The notes under the pieces are model-generated. The model searched no databases. It saw nothing but the letters and a program-made list of their open reading frames with translations, and was not told the origin of the DNA. This document shows, one piece after another, positions 52,621 through 64,000 of a DNA stretch of 64,000 nt. The position numbers and the translations under genes were made by a program. This DNA is from Octopus sinensis (Eukaryota), in the NCBI RefSeq assembly GCF_006345805.1, contig NC_043005.1, positions 72,912,001 to 72,976,000 of the forward strand, given 5' to 3'. Each line of letters begins with the position of its first letter. The first letter of the stretch is position 1.

Positions 52621-52949
52621 GTGCGCGTCATTTCGATTCACTCGGCATTGTAGGTTCCCGACATCCACATGGTTAGGCTGCTGCTAAGGGAGTGACTTCT
52701 GGTCGGTGTGGAATGAATTATAAGGCCACAGCTATGGGTAGACCAAATTTGAAATGTTTCTGTGAGCGAAAAGGGCCTAGGGAGTGGTCTTACTCGGTCA
52801 CGTCGACTCATATATGCGTGTGTGTGTGGTGTGTGCATGATATAAAAACTATCTGTACGTTACACAAGTGTTTGTGTGCGCGTACGTGTATTTATATATG
52901 TATGTGTGTGTATGTGTGCATGTGTGCATGTGAACGTATGTGTGTATGA

Positions 52950-53012
<63 letters not shown>

Positions 53013-53544
53013 AGAGAGAGAGGCAGAGAGACAGAGAGACAGGGAGAGAGACAGAGAGGCAGACAGAGAGAGAGAGTGATGCATTTAGCTGTTTGCGGGT
53101 GTTATGTTGTTATTGTCACGTTGGTTTTTCTCATTTAATAACATGTCCACAAAATATTTTGAGCACACTTTTTTCACATTTTATTGTCTTATTCTATAAC
53201 ACTCTCCATTAGATTGCTCTACGCTCGTTACTTTGAGATAGAATTCATATTTGATATTTTTTTTCCTAAGTTGGTTGAAATCAACTCCGGTAGAAAATCG
53301 TTTTTGCTGCTTCAAGTCAGATGTCGCTTGATTACATGATACTGTTGCTCTTATACATTTTTGGTATCAAATTTTTCCTTCCTCTTTCACAACCAGTAAC
53401 TTTTATATTTTGAATTTATATGGCTTCAGCCAGTTTCGTTTATTAAATGTTTTCAGTTTTCTTGTTTGTGTTCTAAACATTCATGTTTCCAATAATGTTT
53501 CGTTAATATATTGTTATCTCATCACGGTCTATGCTATATATTTC

Positions 53545-53895
53545 CTGGTGCCTGCGCAGAATACCCAAGATCACATACAGGAATAAATCCACAAACCCTG
53601 AAGTTCTGAGAAGAGCCCAGTAGTGCAACCTGCAAGACGTTGTGTTGGAAATAAGCGCGTGGCTTGCAGGTCATGTTTTCCGAGTGCCAGAAGAATGAAT
53701 ATCCAAGACAGTTATACAATGGGTACCACCAGAACGATGAAAGAAGACAAGGAAACTGAAAAAGATATGGAGCGCTACCTTCAAAGAAGATCTGAAGCAA
53801 CCTAGCAGGACCTGGTACAGGCAAGAGACTATATTCAAAATCGGGATGACTGCAGTTATCCTGCGGCCCAATGTGCAAGCCAACTATACCGGAGG
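53545..53895 (+). mobile_element. RTE-type LINE 3' fragment
   Basis: WCLRRIPKITY..KSTNPEVLRR...WLAGHVFR...VIQWVP. Confidence 0.7.
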
Positions 53896-54167
53896 GACTA
53901 AAACTTTAAATTATGATGTTCGTTCTCATTTAGAAAAGTATAAACTTTACACAATATCGTTGTAAGCTACTATAAATCGGCATGAACTTTCCGGACAATC
54001 CAATAGTAGTGGTGGTAGTGATAGTAGCTGTAGTGGTGATAGTGGTGGTGGTGGCGGTGGTAGTAGTAGTGGTGGTGGTGGTTGTGGTAGTGTTGGTGGT
54101 GGTGGCAGCGGCAGCGGTAGTAGTAGAACACTATAAAAGTTATTTGTTTTCCTTTCTTTCTTTTCAG

Positions 54168-54287
54168 ATATAAATGAATGCGATTTGAAGAACGGAGGTT
54201 GTGAGGAGATGTGTTTCAACACCCCAGGGAGCTTCTACTGTGCCTGCCATCAGGGTTTCAAGCTCACGGACAAAAGACTATGCCTGG
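54168..54287 (+). CDS. Calcium-binding EGF-like domain exon (phase 1-1) of a multi-exon extracellular protein gene
   Basis: Acceptor tttctttcttttcag, donor gtgagg; 120 nt encoding (D)[39 protein letters not shown] with six Cys and the cbEGF consensus; no stop. Confidence 0.92.
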
Positions 54288-54336
54288 GTGAGGACATAAA
54301 GTTGTTTCTATTTTGATGTATACATACAAGCACACG

Positions 54337-54368
<32 letters not shown>

Positions 54369-54379
54369 CACACCACATA

Positions 54380-54423
<44 letters not shown>

Positions 54424-54516
54424 TACTAATATAGGGTGAAGTTTTTTTCTCTAAAGAAAAAAATTCCATCAAGAAATGTGGAAGCATATTAAAATACCTT
54501 TACGGTTAAAATTATA

Positions 54517-54977
54517 AACAACTTATAAGTAGGGGCTAAAGAAAATTATTTCAAAGCCAATATGCTGATAACAGACTATTAAATCGTCAATTTCCACATA
54601 TAATCTACTCGCTACAACAAAAATCGAACTGAAGTCGGGCAAACTGGCCGTTAGAATATTTAAATTTCGTTATCTCTATATTGAATCAATTTCGGAATTA
54701 ATCTCATAAAAGATTTATTCGTATTCAGTAGAGCTTACGAGAGAATATAAATAAGATACTTACATGCGTCTATGGAAAAAGCCGAAGCAAAAAACATGAG
54801 TACATTTAAGTACCCCAGTTATATCTAAAAATAAAAATTCTAACGGCCAGTTTGCCCGACGTCAGTTCGAATTTTGCTGTAGCGAGTAGATTATATGTGG
54901 AAATTGACGATTTAATAGTATGTTATCAGCATATTGGCTTTGAAATAATTTTCTTTAGCCCTTACTTATAAGTTGTT
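54517..54977. mobile_element. MITE-like fold-back with 141-bp inverted arms
   Basis: Arms 54517-54657 and 54837-54977, 5 mismatches by my count. Confidence 0.9.
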
Positions 54978-54987
54978 ATATATATAT

Positions 54988-55061
<74 letters not shown>

Positions 55062-55289
55062 GCTTGCATATATAATATATTTTATTCAGTAGAAATTTCG
55101 TTGGATTTCCTTCCATATTATCAGAGGAATGGCAATTTATTAAGAGTGTACATATTTCTGTAAGGTACTGGTCATACACACACACACACACACACATATC
55201 AATATATATGCACAGCTGGGAGTAATTAGGGATGAATCCATGCTCCAGAGAATTCCAGAACTAGAACCTCTCCAGTGGATGCAGTTTAG

Positions 55290-55359
55290 TGGATAGGGGG
55301 AAATCCGCGAAGTTGAAAAAAAAACTGTTCCGCATATTTAAAAAGAAATATATAATTAT

Positions 55360-55405
<46 letters not shown>

Positions 55406-55518
55406 ATATACTATCGTAAATGCAAAACAACACCACGGAGGAGTCGACGTAATGTTAAGGGATAAACCGTGATAGATGGACCGTGATAGGTGAAACACGA
55501 TATGGCGAGGGATTACTG
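55290..55518. mobile_element. Tigger/pogo-like MITE remnant
   Basis: Ends ...cacgatatggcgagggattactg-TA (CAGTAATCCCTCG TIR on the minus strand); internal (TA)n. Confidence 0.65.
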
Positions 55519-55614
55519 TACAATCACACATACATATATAACGAAAAATAACGAAACTTCACCCGGCATTTGATTACTTGTGGACGCGTTTCTAAGTAAG
55601 ATAGATATACTTTT

Positions 55615-55755
55615 ACACTTTACACTTTTACTTGTTCCAGTCATTTGACTGTGGCCATGCTGGAGCACCACCGTTTTTTTTTAGTCGATCAAATCGACCC
55701 CAGGACTTATTCTTTGTAAGCCTAGTACTTATTCTATCGGTCTCTTTTGCTGAAC
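55615..55755 (-). mobile_element. SINE family A, 3' part
   Basis: Tail and core only; truncated at gctgaacc. Confidence 0.85.
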
Positions 55756-56100
55756 CCTAATTATAATTATACTCATAATTATATAAAGTAATGTTTAAGT
55801 TTACCGTAAATGGTACTTTTAACATGCTGAACACTACTTGGTAGAATTATTAATTACTAATTAATAATAAATTTTACCTTTTATTATTATTGATAATATA
55901 ATTCTCTCCCTGATAATAACCTACAGATTTTTCTGTAGGTATTTGTTGCTCGACAAATGGGTGAGGGAGAATATGAAGCCTCATTTGTATGTTTTGAATT
56001 CGTGGGTACTGGATGTTGAAAATAGTTTGTCTGATGTTACTTGAATCAGATAGGCATATTCAATTTTTTCAGACTTCTTTAATTTAAAATATTGAAATCT

Positions 56101-56181
56101 TTGTGCTGATGAAGAGAATGATAGAATGGAGATGTAATTCTTGCATCTTCATATCTATCTAACTCAGAAACGCGTCCAAAG
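56101..56181 (+). ncRNA. Imperfect type-I hammerhead ribozyme motif
   Basis: ttgtg-CTGATGA(56106)-a-gag...ctc-a-GAAA(56167)-C-gc-GTC-caaag with palindromic ACGCGT stem III. Confidence 0.5.
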
Positions 56182-56448
56182 TAATCAACTGCCGAGTGAA
56201 TTTTCGTTATTTTTTCCTCTATGCCTACGTGAATTGTTTTTGAGTATACATTGTCTGGAAGATTCTTCTTATAGTAGAAGAACTAGCTAAGTTCTTTGGC
56301 TGCTATTTCTAAACGTTCGGTATGTGGCAAAGCAAATTCTTTTGCTGAACCCTAATTATAATTATACTCATAATTATATAAAGTAATATATATATATATT
56401 ATATATATATATGACAGGCTTCTCTGAAGGCTTTGGTCAGCGAAGATG

Positions 56449-56612
<164 letters not shown>

Positions 56613-56779
56613 TATATATATATATATACACACATAAACGACGATACAACCGGCAACATTAACTGCAGTAAATTACCTACTGCGGAACTGTTTCCGGAAT
56701 TTTGCGTGCCAGAACTTAGACATTTGAAAATAACACCAATGTAATCGGTAGAACTATATACACATCCAATTTTATAAGG

Positions 56780-57150
56780 GCAACTAGTATATAGTTCTAC
56801 AAATTATATTGAATTGGAACGATCGTACTGAAGACTCTACAGACGAGAATTACGCAAGTAATTATCGGTGATGGCGAAACCGATCTATGATTAATTCTGT
56901 ATTTTGTATATTTTCATCTGTCTTACCCGCTTATGTTCAGGTATTTGCTGAATTTCTCTAGAGAACATTCATTTCCTTGTAGTTAGATCATAGGTGATCT
57001 TCATCTAGCATATTGGATGTCCACTTAGTGGTTATCTTTATTATACGCATGTATTACAATTTTTCTGAATTTTCAGATTTTTATATATGTCAGGCTACTG
57101 GTTTAAATTGATATTAATTAAATTAATATTCAATTTATCCTCCTCATATA
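56780..57150. mobile_element. Second copy of the 13540-13890 repeat (opposite orientation); probable Penelope-like derivative
   Basis: Continuous reverse-complement similarity to 13540-13890; contains a hammerhead motif. Confidence 0.75.
56823..56890 (+). ncRNA. Degenerate type-I hammerhead ribozyme motif
   Basis: tcgta-CTGAAGA(56828)-...ggc-GAAA(56876)-C-cg-ATC-tatga; stem I pairs 5/5, but the stem II 5' side and G16.2 are mutated. Confidence 0.5.
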
Positions 57151-57187
57151 TATATATATATATGTATATGTATACATATATATGTAT

Positions 57188-57232
<45 letters not shown>

Positions 57233-57347
57233 TGAAGTATATTTGCCACCTAAATCTGACTGACCCACAAGGGACAATGCAACTGTAGTTTATAGCCCCA
57301 GGAAGACATCTCCTCCAGCTGACTAACGACACGCTGTCTATGCTCGA

Positions 57348-57613
57348 TAAGTATTTGCTAAGGGAAATCATCCTTCCCATCTCTAGCCTTACATGATACT
57401 CACGAACCTGTGTTTCTGAATAGTAACCCGCCATCAGCGTGTGACAATCACCGGCAAGAGATGAGAAGTGATTCCGAATGTCGCTGATCTCGACAAAAGA
57501 GAAACAAGGCGGTGATTGTCACATGCTGATGACGGCTTACTACTCGGAAACTCGGGTCTGTGTGTATCACGTAAGGCTAGAGATGGAAACGATGATTTCC
57601 CTTCGCAAATACT
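57348..57613. repeat. About 105-bp diverged inverted repeat
   Basis: Arms about 57348-57452 and 57509-57613, roughly 85% identical by eye. Confidence 0.85.
57520..57564 (+). ncRNA. Minimal type-I hammerhead ribozyme
   Basis: cacatg-CTGATGA-cgg[cttactac]tcg-GAAA-C[tcgg]GTC-tgtgtg: all core nucleotides present, 6-bp stem I (two G.U), non-canonical C10.1-G11.1. Confidence 0.6.
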
Positions 57614-57617
57614 GATC

Positions 57618-57678
57618 GATGACTGAAGAGATGCCGGTGCAGGTTTCCGCCCCGACATCCGAAACTCGGAGTTTTATT
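57618..57678 (+). ncRNA. Minimal type-I hammerhead ribozyme (second of a tandem pair)
   Basis: gatga-CTGAAGA-gatg...catc-c-GAAA-CTC[g]GAG-TT-ttatt; GUU site; one extra C in stem II. Confidence 0.55.
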
Positions 57679-57781
57679 ATGGCAACCAAATAATTGTCAC
57701 ATAATATATTACGGATAAATTCCTCTATTTACATAATATCGAGGTCTCTTTCATTCTTTTGTTGTCTTACCATTACTATTA

Positions 57782-57845
<64 letters not shown>

Positions 57846-57848
<3 letters not shown>

Positions 57849-58158
57849 TAGGAGTGGGCGTGCATACGTATTTACGTGTATGGGAATATATATATGTGTG
57901 CATATGAATGTGTGCATGTGCATACGTACGAGAGTGATTATGTGTAAGGGCGTGGGGTGTACATGCGTGCGTGTATGTGTGTGTGTGTGGTGTGTGTGTA
58001 TGTATGTATGTATGTGTATGTATTTAGTTGCAACCACGTGGTTTCGGGTCTCTCGTATTTCGGGTTCTGTCCCACTGCGTGACATCTTGGGCAAGTGTCT
58101 TCTACTGTATCCCCGAACCTACGAAAGCTTTGTGAGTGGAAACTGTTGAGAAACCTAT

Positions 58159-58197
<39 letters not shown>

Positions 58198-58410
58198 CTG
58201 ACTTTGATCCCACCACCGTGTGAATTACACGGTGAGAGTGTTGCTGTGTTTACATCCACTTAACTTAGCGCTTTGACAAAAGAGAATGGGAGAATAAGTG
58301 CTGGGTTTTAAAAAATTCAAGTAATGGTATCGATTCATTGGACACAAATTCTTCAAGGTATCGCCCCAGCATGGCCACAGTCGAATGACTGAAACAAGAA
58401 AAAGTTAAAA
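57846..58410 (+). mobile_element. Diverged SINE family A expanded by microsatellites
   Basis: gcgtaggagtgg head, cccactgcgtgacatcttgggcaagtgtcttc core, gactgaaacaagaaaaag tail. Confidence 0.75.
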
Positions 58411-59150
58411 GATACTTTCTTTGTGTGTGTGAATTTTGTCATTTGTAAGATATTTAGGTCAAATATGAAAAATTTAGGTCATCTATTTAAAACTCAGAAA
58501 TGAAGCATTCCTGTCTGTTCATTACATTCAACAACTCTGACGTCATAATGAGGCATTAATTATAAGTTATGATTTTTTTTCACCACGCAACCCTACTCCT
58601 ATCTGGACAGATGTTGAGTAATTTTTTTTGCGCTACGCACTTGGGAGCGATGGAGGAGGCCTTTCTGGTAAAAAAGAAAATTCTGTGGATGGGGTTTGTG
58701 GTTTAAGGGATATTTGGCTATTGTTTCTGGCAGATTCTACGACTACCTGGTACCTTCCTCGTTTCTGCCCCTCCATTTCGGCTCCAGGCGAGTCCGTGTG
58801 TGTGCGTGAGAGAGTGTGTGAGCGTGAGAGTGTGCGCGTGCGTGAGAGTGTGTGTGAGTATAAGAAAATATATTTACCAAGAGAATAGCATATCATTAAA
58901 AACAAATATATCATTAAAAGTATATTAAATATGGTTTCTGTTTACAAATATCTTGGGTCATACATATCATCATCCGGATAAGATTTTCTAACTAGAAAGG
59001 GTATGGCCTGATCAGCCTGTAAGGACATGCATAAGATCTGGACATTGTTGTAGAGTTGAAAACGAGGTAATTTCTACTCTTCTCCTCTAGAAGCCATCTG
59101 CTGGCCATTGATAAAAAATTTTTCCCGAAAAATGTCTATCCTACATTAGT

Positions 59151-59190
<40 letters not shown>

Positions 59191-59439
59191 GTGTGTGTGT
59201 GTGTGTGTGTGAGTTAGAAGGTTTGGAGATGATGTACAGGTAATATATATTAGAAGAAACGAGGTAGTCAGAAATCCGGATGGTTTTATATTTACCGATA
59301 TCTTTTAGTATGTTACATGTTTTTATACATCATATATCATAAATTAGCGCTTTCTTCCACTCTAGTGGAGTCTTCAAATTGATCTAAATTGTGTATCTAA
59401 TATATACAGATCAATGCGGATTTCTGAGTACCTCTTTTC

Positions 59440-59515
<76 letters not shown>

Positions 59516-59537
59516 TGTATGTATGTATGTATGAATG

Positions 59538-59593
<56 letters not shown>

Positions 59594-60505
59594 GATAAAA
59601 TGCTTTGATCAGTTATGTGTGCATACACATAAATATATGTGTGTGAGAGTGTGTATATAAAACGCTCAACCTACAAACCTTGCCTGCATGAGGCACTTCA
59701 CATATAAAAGCACAACTCTCCAGCACTGCTAAATAAACATAATGAGGCACTAAGCATATGCAACCACCCCAATTTAAATTTTTGATTTTGTTTACTTTAA
59801 AGAGATCGAAACGAATTGACGAACATGTGCAAATCGAAATTAAACCCAGACAAAAACATAAAAGTGAAGAGAATTTACGTTTTACTTATGTAAATAAGTA
59901 TTTAATTAAAATTAAATACACCATTTTTATGAGAAACAAACATTAATGTTTAAAAATTAATGTTATAATGTTTAATAAGGGGCTCAACTTTCACCCCTCC
60001 TTTTTCATCCCTTTATTTGTCTATCTATTTATCCCTGTCCGTTTATTCATAAAATATCTTTGTCAACTAAATGTGGCGGCCCTATAGAAGACGGTGTTAC
60101 TGCTGCTTTCAGACCCGGGATGACATTCATATCTATCTCTTTATACACGTATCTATATGCTTATTGAATTTAAAAGTTTCAAAACGTGGTTTCTTGCATA
60201 TAAAACATAAGGAGAAAAAATTTCGAAAAGTTAAGTGGTGGTGTTGGGGGTTAAAAAAATTAATTTTTGCATATTCGTAGTCTCCGACATCTAAAACGTA
60301 GGAACTCGAAAAGTTTTTTCCAAAAATGCCTTTTTCAAGGAGAGGTGCGAAACTGCATTAGAAACTACACACACACACGCACACACACACATATATATAT
60401 ATATATATACATATATACATACACACACACACACCACACACACACACATATATATATATATGTATATATATGTATGTATATATATATATATATGCAGTTT
60501 TGCAC

Positions 60506-60582
<77 letters not shown>

Positions 60583-60641
60583 CAACTAAATTTCACGTTA
60601 AATTTCTGTTAAAATGTCTTATTGACGAGCTTCATTTCTTC

Positions 60642-60730
60642 ACTGCCCTGAAGAGAAGATTACATTGTTTTACGCCATTTTATTCCTTTGGAATAATATC
60701 AGTGAATTCTTCGAAACATGTGTCGGGAGT
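60642..60730 (+). ncRNA. Type-I hammerhead ribozyme in a probable Penelope-like terminal fragment
   Basis: actgcc-CTGAAGA(60648)-GAAGA...TCTTC-GAAA(60713)-C[atgt]GTC-gggagt: canonical core, G10.1-C11.1, 5-bp stem II, stem I 5/6 paired. Confidence 0.72.
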
Positions 60731-61915
60731 AAAAGTATTTGAATTATACCTGCGTTAAACTCTATTTATTTATTTATTTATTTATTTATATTTAAATAAT
60801 AATGGATTACTCCAAACGTTTACCAGTTTGCGCACTCTTTGTCAGGTATTTATGAACTATAATGGAATGCCTTCCTTTTCTGGGTCTGTTAGGTTTTGAA
60901 ATGTCATCGATGCTTCCGTTACTTTATTTTTCTCTAAGTTGATCTGTTGGCCCCAAGGCAAACCCACTTTTACCTCGGATAAAACGTGATATTCACTTGG
61001 CGGCCTCACTCCTTTGACTTATTCCCTTTGAGCGGCTCTTGCCAGGTACTTGCACTCCATTGGCATAGCTTTCAATGCTCACTGATACTACAAATCACTA
61101 AACCGCAACAAGTACTGGACCTTCTTGGCCCCGTCGCCTGTGACCAGGTGGCACAACCAGGATGTGACAGCTGGAAGGAGAGAAACAGAGAGCTACACCA
61201 GTATTCAGCTAGTGCCTACTTGCAGCCGAGTAGACTGAGGTGACGTGAAATAATGAGCCTTGTACAAATATACAACGTGCTACCGTTAAGCGTCATTTTG
61301 CCCGACTTTATGTTCTGCGTTCAAACGGCACCGTGCTTTCTGGTTAGTGCACTCGGCTCACAATCGTGAGGTCGTCAGTTCGATTCCCTTTCTGTCTTTG
61401 AACCCCTACCATCTTATAGCAACAGGACCAGCAGACCAGGTCTGGTTTCGGGCTATTCCTGCCACTCCTCAGTACTGGACACCTCATCTGCTAATCTGTG
61501 GAGACGGGATGTATATAATAAAGTGTATATAATAAAGTATGTGTATATAAAGAAACCTGTGTAGATATATTTGTTCAGAAGAAATGAGTTCGATGTTAGA
61601 AGTGAAATATATTTCTGGAATATATGTAGTTCACTGTGTGTCAACCAATTTCTATGATGTATCAGGGTCAAGACAAACATTTACCAATGTATGTATGCAT
61701 GTGTGTGTATGCATGTATATGTGTGTGTGTGTCTGTGTCTGCGCCATTTAACTACACAAAATGCTGTATGTATGTAATTGTTTAAAGAAGAGTTTCTGCT
61801 GTACTCTTGGTAGTTACTGATGTATCTTATAATATTCTCTATTCCGAACATGTAAATACTATAATATTTGTTATAAATGAATGTTATTGATTGGATGTTT
61901 CTGTTTTGTTCACAG

Positions 61916-62054
61916 ATGTTTGTGGTGCAGAAATAAAGCGACCACAACAAAAGTCCATCGTGTGGACACCTTGTAATATGTAAGGGATGTTCAAACGTTC
62001 CACTTCAACAATGTCTGAAGTGTTTAAAACCTGTAACAAGCAGAGGTCGAGTTG
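61916..62054 (+). pseudogene. C3HC4 RING-finger exon (mind-bomb/IAP-type RING) with a 1-nt frameshift
   Basis: Acceptor ttttgttcacag, donor gtaaga; adding one base near 61950-61960 gives CLWCRNKATTTKVHPCGHLVICKGCSNVPLQQCLKCLKPVTSRGRV (C-x2-C-x11-C-x-H-x3-C-x2-C-x7-C-x2-C). Confidence 0.75.
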
Positions 62055-62519
62055 GTAAGAATATTCTTTGCTGATCTGTCTTTTTGTCCTGCTTGTCCCA
62101 TTGCCCTTATTGCGTAGAATAATATACTTCATGTTGTTGTGTAGACATAGATCTGCCATAATCTGGCAGATTTATAATAAAAGGTGTTCCTAGTGTCTGT
62201 TCTCTGTAATTGTATATCTCTCACACTACATCCACTAAACATTGACCTTATCCAAGTAGGAAACATATCATACTTCAAGAGGGTTGTAGTCTGCAACATA
62301 AAAATAATGGAGGATTCTGCAAGATAATTAGTGAGTAACTGAAGTATCAATAAATCTCCATCAACACTATAAGTAATTATGAGTTGTTAGAAGATAAGTA
62401 AATACAACAGTACTTACAAAGACATCATTGTAATCTTTGGTAAAGTATTAAAATTAGCAGAATATTTTAAAGGAGTAAAAGTACGTGTCACCAGTGTTTG
62501 AGACTTCAACACACAACTT

Positions 62520-63480
62520 CCTCTTCTATTTGTGGGCACCCTACTCTTTACCTTTCTCCAATTCTTTTCCGCCTGGAGGTCCGAACCAAATCAAAACCCA
62601 AGCAGTTTAACCAGTTCTCCCTCCAGCGCCCTACGGTGCTGCCGGTCGGCATGGACCCTCCCATATAGATGCCGAGTTTAGCCTTGTTAATCTTTGCTTT
62701 TATTGCCGTTTCATATTTCCTGTGAAGACTACTTCCAAGTATTGGTGGTTGACCTTATCAGAAGCTTTTAATTAATCCAAATAGATCAGGATCCTTGTTG
62801 ATAATTTAGAGTGTGTGCTAGAGGTTGCGATGCATAGGTCTGTTTGGGATAGCGCATATCTGTGCAACATCGACCACTGTATCAAGTACAAGCGCAAACT
62901 TCTTGACTAACATCGTGGTCAAAACGTAACCGGCTTTTAGCAGAGTTACGGGCCTCAAATTATCTATCTGGTTGTTCTTGTTCGGCTCCTTTTTCAGAAG
63001 CACCGCCACTCCACGGCTCATAGCACTCGTAATTTTTCCGTTATGCTGCTAGTTACGGTGGACATGGGCCAAAAGATCGACCAGCAAACCTGGCATATAA
63101 TGATAAATCTCCCTGCACCTCCGGCTGAATTGTGGCTTCGTTACCATGTTGCGACTTCGCCATTCTAGCCCATCGAATGACTTTCATCCCCTCATATTTT
63201 AGTGCACACGCCCTAGCTGTTACAACACAGCTTTCGTTCTTAGCATTGAGCAATTGATCAAGAACCACTTTGCCACTTCTAAGTGCTTCTTATAGCTTTC
63301 TAACGAGGGTTCCCTCTATTCTACATTCCTCTAATAATACTGTATGTGTTTTATATACATGCAATTCATATGTTTTACTTTCCAGTTCGGGGCTGGTGTA
63401 TAGCGAATCCGTGTGGTAAATATGGTTTATGCATCGAGAGACCATGGACCTATCTCTGTATCTGTCAACCAGGGTTCCGT
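62520..63480 (-). mobile_element. Decayed L1/Tx1-clade LINE RT fragment
   Basis: GVAVLLKKEPNK...NLRPVTLL, QICAIPNR, KASDKVNHQYL; many deletions. Confidence 0.75.
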
Positions 63481-63559
63481 TTCGATGGGATGACATGCGT
63501 TGGTAAGTAAAGAAGAAACAGTACCACCGATGATATACACGCGATTATTTATAAATTGG

Positions 63560-63735
63560 TTTGAAACTATAATATTAATAATAATAATAATCTTTAAAAA
63601 ATAATAATAATAATAACAACTACAACAACAACAACAACAACAACAACAATGATAATAAAAATAACAACAACAACACAACAACAACAACAACAATGATAAT
63701 AAAAATAACAACAACAACAACAACAATATTAATAA
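63560..63735. repeat. (AAT)n/(AAC)n microsatellite
   Basis: Directly visible repeat. Confidence 0.9.
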
Positions 63736-63739
63736 TAAA

Positions 63740-64000
63740 TGACCTACTTCAGAAACAAGGAAAACTGACACAAATAGCCGCATAACACGAGCAAAACAAA
63801 AAACTCTTCTCAGAATTTAAGGATCAAGACTTCATACTACCTAACAAATATGAAAAAGAAGAAGCAACGAAAGCTATAAAATAAATGAAATCCAAACTAA
63901 AACTAGAACAGCAACAGACCATAATAAAACGACGGCAAGAAAAGCCCCTTCATGGCAAATACTGGACTAAAGTAAATGGAAAATAAATAGACAAATCAAA
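63740..64000 (+). mobile_element. 5'-truncated non-LTR element fragment (R4/Dong-like by inference), runs off the window
   Basis: MKSKLKLEQQQTIIKRRQEKPLHGKYW resembles the post-RT KPLHG motif of restriction-like-endonuclease LINEs; contains stops. Confidence 0.55.

Noticed and set aside
58633-58914. Minus-strand ORF ending ...SFLPERPPPSLPSA
   Set aside because: The N-terminal half is microsatellite-derived, there is no clear acceptor, and no homology was recognised.

Overview
Repeat-saturated, AT-rich animal genomic DNA. The SINE families and (TA)n/(CA)n/(TATC)n density suggest a coleoid cephalopod such as Octopus; this is an inference, not a database match. Almost all short ORFs in the track are microsatellite or SINE artefacts. 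Host-gene signal is limited to isolated + strand exons: a clean calcium-binding EGF exon (54168-54287), a frameshifted C3HC4 RING exon (61916-62054) and a tentative 54-nt exon (19885-19938). The rest is decayed transposons: a near full-length CR1/L2-group LINE (about 8143-12967) whose ORF1 appears to carry an N-terminal Myb/SANT-like domain plus two CCCH fingers, other LINE fragments (CR1-group, Tx1/L1, RTE, R4/Dong-like), two Ty3/gypsy remnants, a 2.5-kb piggyBac, Tc1/mariner elements, a three-element Helitron cluster, MITE-like fold-backs and many tRNA-derived SINEs. Outside the ORF track I read at least six minimal type-I hammerhead-ribozyme motifs of the Penelope/retrozyme type, including a tandem pair inside a fold-back at 57.3-57.7 kb. 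Repeat boundaries are by eye and approximate unless TIR/TSD coordinates are given.
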